Shown: positions 19,124 through 28,468, counted from the stretch's first letter. The stretch is DNA of 64,000 nt from an uncultured Chloroflexia bacterium (GCA_963746845.1 CAVVCZ010000005.1:320001-384000), one strand, 5' to 3'. Notes: generated by a model from the sequence alone, not told the origin. Program-made: numbers and translations.

Positions 19124-20278
19124 CTACTTGACCTCGAGGGTCCCGAGCATCGTCGTCGGATGTACCTGGCAGAGGTACGTGTAGTTGCCGCTCTTCAGGG
19201 CCGGGACTGCGTACGACACCGTCTTGGGCCCGAGGAAGAACGCGGTGTCACCCATCGGGACGACGGACTTGCCGGCGTCCTCGATCACGATGTTGTGCTG
19301 GACCGTCGGGTCCTGGTTGTCGAACTTCAGCGTGAATGCCGTGTCCGCCTTGGCCTCGAGGGTCGTGGGCTGGAACCCGGCCGTCGCCGCGCCGCTCGGC
19401 GCCGTCACGGTCAGGACCGGCGCGTTCGGGTCGATCGAGGCCGCCGGAGCGGCGGACGATCCGCTGCCACCGGTCAGCGCGTCGAGGTAGCAGTCCGGGA
19501 ACGGCGTAGCGCCCGGTGCCGGCTTGTAGTTCGGGTCGCGCCATCCGGTGAACGTCTCGACCTTGCCGGTGGCCGGATCGATGATCGGCTCGTTCGTGGA
19601 CGGGTCGCGCTTCTCGTACGTGCCCTCGTTCGTGGCCCGCAGGAACGCGATCAGCTCGTCGATCTGGCGGTAGTTGAGCGGGCCGGGCGGGTTGCCCTTG
19701 TCCGACCAGACTGGCATCTGCGAGTTCGCGTTGCCGCACACATAACGGCCGCCGACCTGGAGGACGTTCCGGAGATAGCCCTCGTTGAGGTGAGCGTAGA
19801 GCTTCTCCTGGGAGTTCAGCTGCGGCCCGATGTAGCCCGCCGTGGCGGCGTCCGGCTCGTTGGGGCCGAGGCCGTTCGGGCCGTGGCAGCGAGCGCAGTT
19901 CGCCTCGAACAGGTTGTAGCCGCGCTGCACGTCGACCACCTGCTGGGCGGCCTCCTCGACCGCGAGGCGCGGCTTGGACAACCCGAGCGGCGAGCCGATC
20001 TCGTAGAACCAGTAGCCGACGATGAACAGACTGACGAAGATCACCGTCAGGAACCCGACCCAGCGAGCCGCGCCGGACTGGCGGACGATCCCGGCGGAGC
20101 GAGCCGGGGTCAGCCCGGCGTTCGACTTGATCGCGGGCGGGGCGGTGAACCGGTCCGCGGTCAGCTGGCTCTGCGGGATCGTCGCCGGCAGACGCTCCTC
20201 GGCGCCGCCGGCATCCGCGGCCGGCTCCGGCGTGCCCTCGGGCACCGGGGCCGGCGTCGACGGGGTCTGGTCGGTCAT
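19124..20278 (-). CDS. Membrane-anchored cytochrome c fused to a C-terminal cupredoxin domain
   Basis: TM helix; heme motif CARCH with candidate axial Met (QMP); type-1 copper ligands HNIV...CQVHPTTM. Confidence 0.88.
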   Translation of the reverse strand: MTDQTPSTPAPVPEGTPEPAADAGGAEERLPATIPQSQLTADRFTAPPAIKSNAGLTPARSAGIVRQSGAARWVGFLTVIFVSLFIVGYWFYEIGSPLGLSKPRLAVEEAAQQVVDVQRGYNLFEANCARCHGPNGLGPNEPDAATAGYIGPQLNSQEKLYAHLNEGYLRNVLQVGGRYVCGNANSQMPVWSDKGNPPGPLNYRQIDELIAFLRATNEGTYEKRDPSTNEPIIDPATGKVETFTGWRDPNYKPAPGATPFPDCYLDALTGGSGSSAAPAASIDPNAPVLTVTAPSGAATAGFQPTTLEAKADTAFTLKFDNQDPTVQHNIVIEDAGKSVVPMGDTAFFLGPKTVSYAVPALKSGNYTYLCQVHPTTMLGTLEVK

Positions 20279-20952
20279 CAGATGCAGCCGGTCGGGGTAA
20301 GGGGCGGGATGATGCCCGGCTGGCCGACGGCGACCGGCAGCGGGCCGAGGGTGATCTTGCCCGTGTCGAGGGTCAGCACGCCGCCGCTGTCGACGGTCGC
20401 CGAGAACCGGTCCATGCTCCGCGGCGCCGGGCCGTACTGGGCCCCGGCCGCCTTGATCCCGAGCCGGTCATAGCGCGACCCGTGGCAGGGGCACTCCAGC
20501 CAGAAGTTCTTCAGGCACGGGTTCGGCCGGCAGCCGAGGTGCGGGCAGCGCTGGTACAGCCCGCGGACGTTCAACGGCGTGCCATCGCCGGTCGTGTCCT
20601 CGCCGGGCGTGTAGCTCTGCTGGCTCGTGTTGATCAGGACGACATACGCCCGGGCCTCCGGGAAGTACGCCGGGAAGCCCTCGTCGATCGGCAGGTTCGA
20701 GTTCGCGAGCTTGACGTCCTCGTAGGTCCCGATCTTGACCTTGCTCCCGAACCCGCCGCTCAGGTTCGGCCAGATGAACCCGATCGTGCCCGCGGTGACC
20801 TCGAGCAGCCACAGCGTGATCGCGCCGCCGATCGAGTAGCGGAGCAGCTGGCGGCGCGAGATCCCCTGGACCTGGCTTCGCCGGAGCGATTTGATCGACT
20901 GCGGAACGAGAGCGCGCGGCTGGTCCGCGGGCTCGACGTGGTAGTTGCTCAT
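20278..20952 (-). CDS. qcrA: Rieske [2Fe-2S] subunit of a Rieske/cytochrome b complex
   Basis: Tat-like SRRQLL plus TM helix; CPHLGC and CPCHGSRY boxes. Confidence 0.93.
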   Translation of the reverse strand: MSNYHVEPADQPRALVPQSIKSLRRSQVQGISRRQLLRYSIGGAITLWLLEVTAGTIGFIWPNLSGGFGSKVKIGTYEDVKLANSNLPIDEGFPAYFPEARAYVVLINTSQQSYTPGEDTTGDGTPLNVRGLYQRCPHLGCRPNPCLKNFWLECPCHGSRYDRLGIKAAGAQYGPAPRSMDRFSATVDSGGVLTLDTGKITLGPLPVAVGQPGIIPPLTPTGCI

Positions 20953-20994
20953 GCGCGCGTGCTCGGGGTGGTCATGCAGGTCATGGTCCCGTGA

Positions 20995-21612
20995 TCAGAG
21001 GGAGAAGTGGAGGCCCGGCGAGGAGTTCTCGAAGAAGGGCAGGAAGGGGATGACGAAGCTGTAGCCGGGGCCGCGGAAGAAGATGCCGACGAAGGTCAGC
21101 GTCAGCCCGAGGCCGCAGAACAGCGTGAACAGGACGACCGCGGTCTTCCGCTCGGACGGCCGGGTCGTCGTCAGGCTGCCACGATCCACGTACGGGATCA
21201 GGGCCGCCCCGACGAGCACGAGCAGCGGGGTCAGGACCCCGGCGACCGTCGGGTGGAAGTAGGCGAGCAGCTCCTGGAGCCCGAGGAAGTACCACGGCGC
21301 CTTGGCGACGGCCGGGGTGACGTTCGGGTTCGCCAGCTCCTCCAGCGGCGCGTTGATGAACAGGCCCATCAGGAGGAGGAAGACGCTCATCATCCCGGCC
21401 GCGAGGAACTCGATCGAGAGCAGGTGCGGCCAGGTCATGACCGTGTCGTCGGGCTCCTTCTGGACCCGGACGACCGCATCCTGCTTGACGAGCGCGAGCA
21501 GCCGGTACGGCCGCGCCGACATCGGCACGCGCTGCTTGTCGATCTCCGTTCGACGAGCCGGGTCGACCGGCAGGACCACGCGCTTGTCCGGCGGGGACTT
21601 CGTGTCGGTCAT
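20995..21612 (-). CDS. Cytochrome b C-terminal subunit (subunit IV / PetD-like)
   Basis: TWPHLL, APLEELANPNVTP, KAPWYFLGLQELL (PEWY-equivalent), LIPYVDR. Confidence 0.88.
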   Translation of the reverse strand: MTDTKSPPDKRVVLPVDPARRTEIDKQRVPMSARPYRLLALVKQDAVVRVQKEPDDTVMTWPHLLSIEFLAAGMMSVFLLLMGLFINAPLEELANPNVTPAVAKAPWYFLGLQELLAYFHPTVAGVLTPLLVLVGAALIPYVDRGSLTTTRPSERKTAVVLFTLFCGLGLTLTFVGIFFRGPGYSFVIPFLPFFENSSPGLHFSL

Positions 21613-21729
21613 CGGCTCACACCCTCCGGGCCGATAGGGCAGCCGAGCGCAAGGCGGAGCCGAGCACGGGAGCGAGCGCACTCATGTGCGTGAGCGAGCG
21701 CGCGGAGGCGACAACGCGGCGAACGGCTG

Positions 21730-22458
21730 TCATAGCGGCCCGGAGATCCCGCCGTCCTTGCGGATGCGCCAAAAGTGGACCGCAAGGAAGATCGCCGCCG
21801 CGAGCGGGAAGACCATGATGTGGAGCACGTAGAACCGCAGGAGCGTGTTCTGCCCGACCTCCAGGCCGCCCAGCAGCATCCGGTTGAACGGGGTGTTGAT
21901 CAGTGGCGCGTAGCCACCCATGTTCGTTCCGATCGTGATCGCCCAGAACGCGATCTGGTCCCACGGAAGCAGGTAGCCGCTGAAGCTGAGCATGATCGTC
22001 AGGAAGAGCAGGACGACCCCGACGACCCAGTTGAACTCGCGTGGCGGCTTGTATGCCCCGTGATAGAAGACCCGCATCATGTGGAGGAAGACGAAGAACA
22101 CCATCAGGTGAGCGGCCCATCGATGGATGTTCCTGGTCAATAGCCCGAACGTGACCTGGCTCTGGATGTCCAGGATGTTCGTGTATGCGAGCGTCGCCGA
22201 CGGAACATAGAAGAACATGAGATACACGCCGGTGATCGTCAGGACGAGGAACAGGAAGAAGGACAGGCCGCCGAGGCAGAACGTGTAGGCGAACTTCACG
22301 GCGTGCTGGCGGACGCGGACCGGGTGGATGTGCAGGAAGACGTTGTTCATCACCGCGTACGCCCGCGACCGTTCGTCGTTGGGGTACGGCTGACGGAAGA
22401 GCGAGCGCCAGACCGGGCTCCGGCGGATGGTCTGGTCCACCCGCTCCAGGAAACTCAC
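21730..22458 (-). CDS. qcrB: Cytochrome b N-terminal subunit (cytochrome b6-like)
   Basis: FCLGG, TGVYLMFFYVPS, RNIHRWAAHLMVFFVFLH, GYLLPWDQIAFWA, RFYVLH-x14-H, GISGPL; GTG overlaps the upstream stop. Confidence 0.94.
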   Translation of the reverse strand: MSFLERVDQTIRRSPVWRSLFRQPYPNDERSRAYAVMNNVFLHIHPVRVRQHAVKFAYTFCLGGLSFFLFLVLTITGVYLMFFYVPSATLAYTNILDIQSQVTFGLLTRNIHRWAAHLMVFFVFLHMMRVFYHGAYKPPREFNWVVGVVLLFLTIMLSFSGYLLPWDQIAFWAITIGTNMGGYAPLINTPFNRMLLGGLEVGQNTLLRFYVLHIMVFPLAAAIFLAVHFWRIRKDGGISGPL

Positions 22459-24290
22459 CTGGCTCCTCCTGCGACGCCGGGCGTGCCGGCCAGCTGCGCG
22501 TCGCGGTACGACTCCTTGTAGAGCCGCCCGTCGGTCGAGATCTCCTGCAGCTCGAACCGCTCCATCGTAATGGCGTCGAACGGGCAACGCTTGACACACA
22601 AGGCGCAGCGGATGCAGCGCTCCTCGTCGAGGATCATCGCGGCCCCGTTCTCCCAGCCGTACGACTCCTCGATCTCCGGGAGCAGGCCCTCGGTCTTCAG
22701 CTGGTTGACGTCGACCATGTGGATGACGCCCTCGGGGCAGACGTCGGCGCAGGCGCCGCACAGGACGCACCGGAACGGGTCGAACCAGATGTTGTAGTTG
22801 CACATCAGGCAGCGGGTCGACTCCGCCACCGCGGCCGTCGCGTCGTAGCCGTATTCGACCGGGGTGTTGAAGTTGATCTCCGGGTCGGTCGAGGGCATCC
22901 GCGCGGCGAGCGGCGCCATCGGGATGTGCTGGCGCGGCAGGACGTCGTAGAGCTCCGGCATGTCGTGCCGCCAGGAGCTCGTGATCTTCACGTTCGGGCT
23001 GACCGTGACGTCGGTCCGGCCGGCGAGGTACCGGTCGATCGCGTAGGCGCACTTCTTCCCGTGGCCGGCTGCCTCGATGAGGGTCGTCGGGCCGGTCACG
23101 AAGTCGCCGCAGGCGAAGACGCCGCGGACGTTCGTCGCATACGTCGCCGGGTCGACCTTCACCCGGCCGCGGTTGATCTCGAAGGTCGACTCGACTGGCA
23201 GGAAGGTCAGGTCGGCGGCCTGCGACACGGCCGGGATGACGACGTCCGCGGGGATCGTGAACTCGCTGCCCTCGATCGGGACCGGCGACCGGCGACCCGA
23301 GGCGTCCGGCTCGCCGAGCCGGTTGCGGATGAACCGGACCGCCGTCACGTGGCCGTCCTTGCCGAGGACCTCGATCGGGCTCGCGAGGAACTCCATCCGG
23401 ACGCCCTCGCGCTCGGTCTCGCCGAGCTCCTCCTCGTCGACGACGAGCTCGGACCGCGTCCGGCGGTAGACGATCGACACGTGGTCGGCGCCGTGGCGGA
23501 GGCTCGTCCGCGAGCAGTCCATCGCGGTGTAGCCGCCACCGATCACGACGACGTCCTTGCCGACGTACAGCTCCTGGCCGAGGTTCGCCTTCTTCATGAA
23601 GTCGACGCCGTAGTCGACCCCGTCGAGTTCGCCGCCCGGGATGTCGAGCGCGACCGGGTCCATCGCGCCGGCCGTGAGGGCGACCGCGTCGTAGTCCCGC
23701 TGGAGCTCCTCGAACGTGACGTCGACGCCGACCGTCGTGTTGAACCGGAACTCGACGCCGAGGCGCTCGACGAGCCGGACATCCATCTCGATCGCCTCGC
23801 GCGGGAGGCGGAACGCGGGGACGCCGATCAGCATCGTCCCGCCGCCGTACGGCAGGCTGTCGAAGACCGTGACCCCGACACCCTTCATCGCGAGCTCGCG
23901 GGCGACCGCCAGCCCGGCCGGGCCGGCACCCACCACCGCGACCCGCTCCGGACGGGCGGTGATCCGGGGCATGACGTCGGGGATGCCCGAGGCCTCGTGC
24001 CACTCGACGAGGAACCGCTTCATCGCCCGGATCGCCAGCGGCCGGTCGATGTCGCCGCGGCGGCAGGCCCGCTCGCACGGGGCGGAGCAGACGTACGAGC
24101 ACATCGCGGCGACCGGGTTCGGCTCGCGCGACAGGATGTAGCCCTCCTCGAACCGGCCCTCGGCCGCGAGGTTCAGGTAGCCGCGGCAGTTCGTCCCGAC
24201 CGGGCACGCCTCCTGGCACTCGATGTTGCACTGGAGCCAGGAAGCGTCGACGGGCTGAACGAGGAATTCCTGGAAGGGGTCGATGGCCAA
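22455..24290 (-). CDS. FAD-dependent NAD(P)H oxidoreductase, GltD/NfnB/DsrL-like, with C-terminal 2x[4Fe-4S] ferredoxin
   Basis: CQEACP, MCSYVCSAPCERAC, VVGAGPAG, IGGGYTAMDC...YRR, CGD, RCLMC, CVLCGACADVCP, CIRCALCVKRCP. Start uncertain: TTG 24290 after GAAAGG, or ATG 24323. Confidence 0.9.
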   Translation of the reverse strand: MAIDPFQEFLVQPVDASWLQCNIECQEACPVGTNCRGYLNLAAEGRFEEGYILSREPNPVAAMCSYVCSAPCERACRRGDIDRPLAIRAMKRFLVEWHEASGIPDVMPRITARPERVAVVGAGPAGLAVARELAMKGVGVTVFDSLPYGGGTMLIGVPAFRLPREAIEMDVRLVERLGVEFRFNTTVGVDVTFEELQRDYDAVALTAGAMDPVALDIPGGELDGVDYGVDFMKKANLGQELYVGKDVVVIGGGYTAMDCSRTSLRHGADHVSIVYRRTRSELVVDEEELGETEREGVRMEFLASPIEVLGKDGHVTAVRFIRNRLGEPDASGRRSPVPIEGSEFTIPADVVIPAVSQAADLTFLPVESTFEINRGRVKVDPATYATNVRGVFACGDFVTGPTTLIEAAGHGKKCAYAIDRYLAGRTDVTVSPNVKITSSWRHDMPELYDVLPRQHIPMAPLAARMPSTDPEINFNTPVEYGYDATAAVAESTRCLMCNYNIWFDPFRCVLCGACADVCPEGVIHMVDVNQLKTEGLLPEIEESYGWENGAAMILDEERCIRCALCVKRCPFDAITMERFELQEISTDGRLYKESYRDAQLAGTPGVAGGAR

Positions 24291-24567
24291 GTCGAGGACG
24301 TGCCTTTCGAGTGTGGTCCACATCCCGGGGAGTCGTGCGTCCGGCAAGCCTGCAAGGCACCGCGGCCGGCGGTCCGAATCTACCATCGCGGGCTCGGCCT
24401 TCGCAAAGACGGGCGGTGCCGTCCGAGCGTGGCTGGACGGGCCGTCCGACGCACCCCGAGAGGCCTCCCCGCGTGCTCCGCGAGGTTGACCGCCGACGCG
24501 CACGCAGCTACGCTCGCGAGGGGGATCATTCGTGCGGCCGACGGGTGGCCGGGGAGGACAGCGGATC

Positions 24568-26367
24568 TTGACGGCGGGCGAGCTCACCTTCCTGGCCCTC
24601 GGCCTGCTCCTCGGGGTGGCCACTGGCGCCGCCCTCATCGAGATCCTCCGGTCCCGGCCGCGGGCACCGCGCGAGGTCCGCGTCACGGTCGCACGGAACT
24701 CGATTCACGCACGATTCCCGGCCACGCTGTCCGATCCGACCGCGTCGTTCGAGATGACCGGCCCGGCCCCGGGCGGGCCCGGCGATCGCCGCTGGCACGA
24801 CGAGCGGCCGGCGGAGCTGGCCGTCCTCCCCGGGCGGCGGATCGACGACGCGGGACCCCCGATGCGGTCCGCCACTGGAACACCTGTTCCATCCCGGCCG
24901 GCGCCGATCTGGCTATCGCCACTGGCGGCGGGATCGACGACGATGGTGCCGGTCCCGATGTCGATCGAGCCGGACCCGCTCACGGCGGCCCTCCGATCGA
25001 CCGCAGCCGCCGTGGCGACGGCCGCGATGGCCGGGCCGGGTAGCCGGGAGGCAACGACGCATCCGATGGCGACTGGCAACGCGGCTCCGTCCGGCGGCTC
25101 GGGCGCGGGCGGACACGGCGGCGGCTCCGATGGGCCGCCGGCGGATGCCCCGCGCGCCACGCCACCCGACGCCGGTCCGTGCGCGGACGAACGGCGCGTC
25201 GCCGACGAGCGCTGCGCGGTCGCATCCCGGGCACGGGCGGGCGCCGACCAGGCAGCCGAGGCACTGCGCGCCGCGCAGCGGACGCACGACGAGCACATGG
25301 CCGCCGCGGCGGCGGGCGCCCTGGCGGCGGATCCCCGTTCGGTCCGGACCGCGAAGGAGGCCGCGCAGGATCGATTCCGCGACGCGCGGGCGGCCGCGAA
25401 CACGCGCGACGACGTCGAGAGCGCCGCCCGCGCCTGGCTGGCCGAGATCAACCAGATCAACAACGAGACCCGCGAGGCCGCGGCGCGCGCCGAGCGCAGC
25501 CGCGCGGCAGCCACCGCGCTGGGGATGACGCTGGAGCGACTGGCGGTCGAGGCCGACGCGGCCCGGATTTCCGCGGCACGAGCCGACGAGGCCTGCATCG
25601 CCGCCCGTGAGACGGTCGCCGCGTGCGACGAGGCGCGGACGCTGGAGGCCGCCGCGGCCGCGAGGGCCGCCGCACAGGCGCCGGCAGCGCCACCTGCTCC
25701 GGCCGCCCCGGTCGCCGCGGCCGCCCCGATCGCCGACAAGCCGGGTCCGGCCCCGGCCGCCACGCCCGAGCCCGAGGAGGAGTTCGCCCTCAGCGGGTCG
25801 ATGGGCTCGCGGGCCGGCCAGGACGCGCTGATCCTGCGGATCCTGCGCGGCGACCGCGGCGCGATGCAGCACGCCGTCGCACGACTGGCGACCCCCGGCA
25901 GCGATGAGGCTCGTCACTGGCAGGCGCTCCTCGGCGGGTTCGCGGACGCATTGATCGCCCGGGCGATCGAGGCGTCGGCGTTCGACTTCCCGGACGACCA
26001 CTACTTCTGGGGCCCGTTCAACCACACGCAGAACCGCGACATCGCGGCCGGGCTGTCGTCCCTCGGCTTCCGGTTCGACGGGTTCGGCGGGTGGGTCGAC
26101 GACCGGATCCCGAGCCAGCGCGACCTCGCCCTCGCCGTCGGTTATGCGGGCCTCGACCCGATGCGGATCCGGCGCTGGCCGAACGAGACGGAGACACGCG
26201 AGCTGCTGTCGGGCGTCCGGGTCGCCGCCGACGAGTACGTGGCGGGCGCCGCCGGTGGGCTGACCCTCGGCGAGCTGGTCACGCTCCTCGGGCGCCGGGC
26301 CGACGGCCTGACCGAGCTCTGGAACAACTGGGGCACGGTCCGGCCGATCCTCCTCGAGGGCGGCTGA
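24568..26367 (+). CDS. Hypothetical membrane-anchored coiled-coil protein
   Basis: GGGGAGG RBS plus TTG; N-terminal TM helix, Pro-rich linker, Ala-rich helical region, globular C-terminus. Confidence 0.75.
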   Translation: MTAGELTFLALGLLLGVATGAALIEILRSRPRAPREVRVTVARNSIHARFPATLSDPTASFEMTGPAPGGPGDRRWHDERPAELAVLPGRRIDDAGPPMRSATGTPVPSRPAPIWLSPLAAGSTTMVPVPMSIEPDPLTAALRSTAAAVATAAMAGPGSREATTHPMATGNAAPSGGSGAGGHGGGSDGPPADAPRATPPDAGPCADERRVADERCAVASRARAGADQAAEALRAAQRTHDEHMAAAAAGALAADPRSVRTAKEAAQDRFRDARAAANTRDDVESAARAWLAEINQINNETREAAARAERSRAAATALGMTLERLAVEADAARISAARADEACIAARETVAACDEARTLEAAAAARAAAQAPAAPPAPAAPVAAAAPIADKPGPAPAATPEPEEEFALSGSMGSRAGQDALILRILRGDRGAMQHAVARLATPGSDEARHWQALLGGFADALIARAIEASAFDFPDDHYFWGPFNHTQNRDIAAGLSSLGFRFDGFGGWVDDRIPSQRDLALAVGYAGLDPMRIRRWPNETETRELLSGVRVAADEYVAGAAGGLTLGELVTLLGRRADGLTELWNNWGTVRPILLEGG

Positions 26368-26369
26368 CC

Positions 26370-27152
26370 TCAGCCCTGCGTCGCGGCCGCGGTCTCGGCG
26401 GCCAGACCCGGATCGGGACCCTCGTCCTCGTCATCGTCGAGGACGATCAGCCGCAGGGCTTCCGCGGCCGCCACGCCGATCGCCTCGCCCTCCTCGGCCG
26501 CCCAGCTCCGGATCCGCTCGGCGAGCTTGTCCGGCTCCCGGATCTGGCTGGCGTGGGCCGCCAGCGCGGCGATCTTCCGGTCGATCGTCGTCCCGATGTC
26601 GACGCGGACGTTCGGCTCGTTCGGCCAGAACAGGTACACGCGCTTGACCCGGTGCGCCCCGAGCCCGTCCCGGGCGAGCGCCGGGAACGCCATCGGGTTG
26701 CGGGCGGCCGGATAGACCGCGTCGACCGCGGCGATCCCGGCCTCGCGGTGATCCGTGTGGTTGATCCCACCGTCTCGGTAGAAGACGACCGTCGGGTCGG
26801 TCGCGAGGACCGCGTCCGGCCGGAATGTCCGGATCTCGCGCACAAGGTGCTCGCGCAGCACGAGATCGTTGACGAGCGCGCCGTCCGGCAGGTGGAGGAA
26901 TGTCACCCCCGCGTAGCCGACGATGGCGGCGGCGGCGCGCTGCTCACGCTCCCGGACCACGGCCAGCTCCAGGGGATCGGCGAATGGATCCTCGCCGCCG
27001 GCATCTCCGCTCGTGCAACACACGAGCCAGCCCACCGAACCCTCGTCGATCCAGCACGCCGCGGTGCCCGCCGGACCGAAGTCGGCATCGTCCGGATGAC
27101 CCGCGACGACCAGAAATCTGGCAGGACGCCAGGTATGGGCTACGTCATTCAT
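26370..27152 (-). CDS. PIG-L / LmbE family deacetylase
   Basis: AGHPDDADF, TSGDAG, REREQ, NHTDH, HASQ. Confidence 0.9.
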   Translation of the reverse strand: MNDVAHTWRPARFLVVAGHPDDADFGPAGTAACWIDEGSVGWLVCCTSGDAGGEDPFADPLELAVVREREQRAAAAIVGYAGVTFLHLPDGALVNDLVLREHLVREIRTFRPDAVLATDPTVVFYRDGGINHTDHREAGIAAVDAVYPAARNPMAFPALARDGLGAHRVKRVYLFWPNEPNVRVDIGTTIDRKIAALAAHASQIREPDKLAERIRSWAAEEGEAIGVAAAEALRLIVLDDDEDEGPDPGLAAETAAATQG

Positions 27153-27311
27153 CGGAGGGCGTTCCGTCCCTTGATCCGGTTGTTTCAGGTCTCGCGACGG
27201 GTCTATCATTCCGGCCGAGGCTTCGCTCGTCTCCCCCCACGAGCGAAGCCTCAAAGCTTGCCCGGTGTCGCGGGGGCCGGGACGAGCCCCACCCCTGATC
27301 CGTCTGTCGAT

Positions 27312-27797
27312 TCAGCCGGCGGCGACCGATTGCGCGTCGGCGAGGGCGGCCAGGACGTCCGCCGCGTGGCCCTCCGGCTTGACCTTCTCCCAGGTTTTCG
27401 CGACCCGTCCCTGGGGATCCACGAGGAATGTCCGGCGGGCAGTCCCCATGTACGTCTTGCCGTAGTTGGACTTCTCGACCCACGACCCGTACGCGTCGGC
27501 GACGGCGTGGTCCTCGTCGGCGAGGAGGAGGAACGGCAGGCCGAACTTCTCGCGGAACGCGCGCTTGCTCTTCGCGCCCTGCGGGCTGATCCCCCAGACA
27601 TCGGCGCCGCGCTCCGTGATCGTGTCGTGCGCGTCGCGGAACCCGCACGCCTCGGTGGTGCAGCCGGGCGTGTCATCGGTCGGATAGAAGTAGACGATGG
27701 TCCAGCGGCCACGCTGGTCGGCGAGTCGATGGATCGTGCCGGTCTCATCGGGGAGGGCGATCTCGGGAGCGAGCTCGCCCGGCGTCGGGATGCTCAT
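27312..27797 (-). CDS. bcp: Peroxiredoxin Q / bacterioferritin comigratory protein
   Basis: YFYPTDDTPGCTTEACGFRD; RRTFLVD; VKPEGHA. Confidence 0.95.
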   Translation of the reverse strand: MSIPTPGELAPEIALPDETGTIHRLADQRGRWTIVYFYPTDDTPGCTTEACGFRDAHDTITERGADVWGISPQGAKSKRAFREKFGLPFLLLADEDHAVADAYGSWVEKSNYGKTYMGTARRTFLVDPQGRVAKTWEKVKPEGHAADVLAALADAQSVAAG

Positions 27798-27799
27798 CG

Positions 27800-28468
27800 T
27801 CAGAGCCTAGCAGGGGTCTCCACCACGAGAAGCTGACCGGATCGGATGTCGAGGGCCGCGGCCGCGTCCGTGCGCACGTTCGACATCCCGCGCGAGGGCC
27901 CGCTCCGGAGCGGCTCGTCGTGGAGCGGATAGCGGAAACCGACGGTCGTGATGCCGAGGACGTCGCCGCCGAACGGCAGGAGCGAGACGAGATCGTCGAC
28001 ACGTCCCGACAGGTCGGTCCGGCCAGGGCCGGCGAGACGGATCCGTGTCCGCGCCCCGAGGAGGCACGCCGGCCGGCCGGCGAGAGCCGGATGGGCAAGC
28101 AGCCAGATGTTGCCGAGCTCGTGGTCGAGTCGCCGGCCGCCCAGGGCACCGAGGATCGTGATCCGGGCGGGATCGGCGCGGACGACCGCGAGCACAGCCA
28201 GCTCCGCGTCGGTCTCGTCCTTGTCGACCGGCGAGCGCTCGATGCGCACCCCGTCGGCAGCCAGGCGGGCGAGGTCGCCGGGGTCGATCGAATCGCCGTC
28301 GCCGACCCACTTGTCAATCCGCCGGCCCAGCGCAGCCGCGTGGCGCGCGCCGCCGTCGGCGGCGACGACGAGGTCGATGCGGTCCGACCAGCCGGGCCAC
28401 GCCCGATCGAGTTCCGCGACCGGGTCGACGGCGCCGTCCGCGAGGATCAGCGCGTGTTCGGTGGTCAC
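27800..28468 (-). CDS. thiN: Thiamine diphosphokinase
   Basis: AADGGA, VGDGDSI, DKDETDAELA, GALGGRRLDHELGN, GMSN. Confidence 0.93.
   Translation of the reverse strand: MTTEHALILADGAVDPVAELDRAWPGWSDRIDLVVAADGGARHAAALGRRIDKWVGDGDSIDPGDLARLAADGVRIERSPVDKDETDAELAVLAVVRADPARITILGALGGRRLDHELGNIWLLAHPALAGRPACLLGARTRIRLAGPGRTDLSGRVDDLVSLLPFGGDVLGITTVGFRYPLHDEPLRSGPSRGMSNVRTDAAAALDIRSGQLLVVETPARL

Noticed and set aside
22455-24290. Calling the flavoprotein gltD because gltB is in the window
   Set aside because: It is 18 kb from gltB, overlaps cytochrome b, and has a C-terminal RCLMC plus ferredoxin module. A true gltD may lie beyond position 1.
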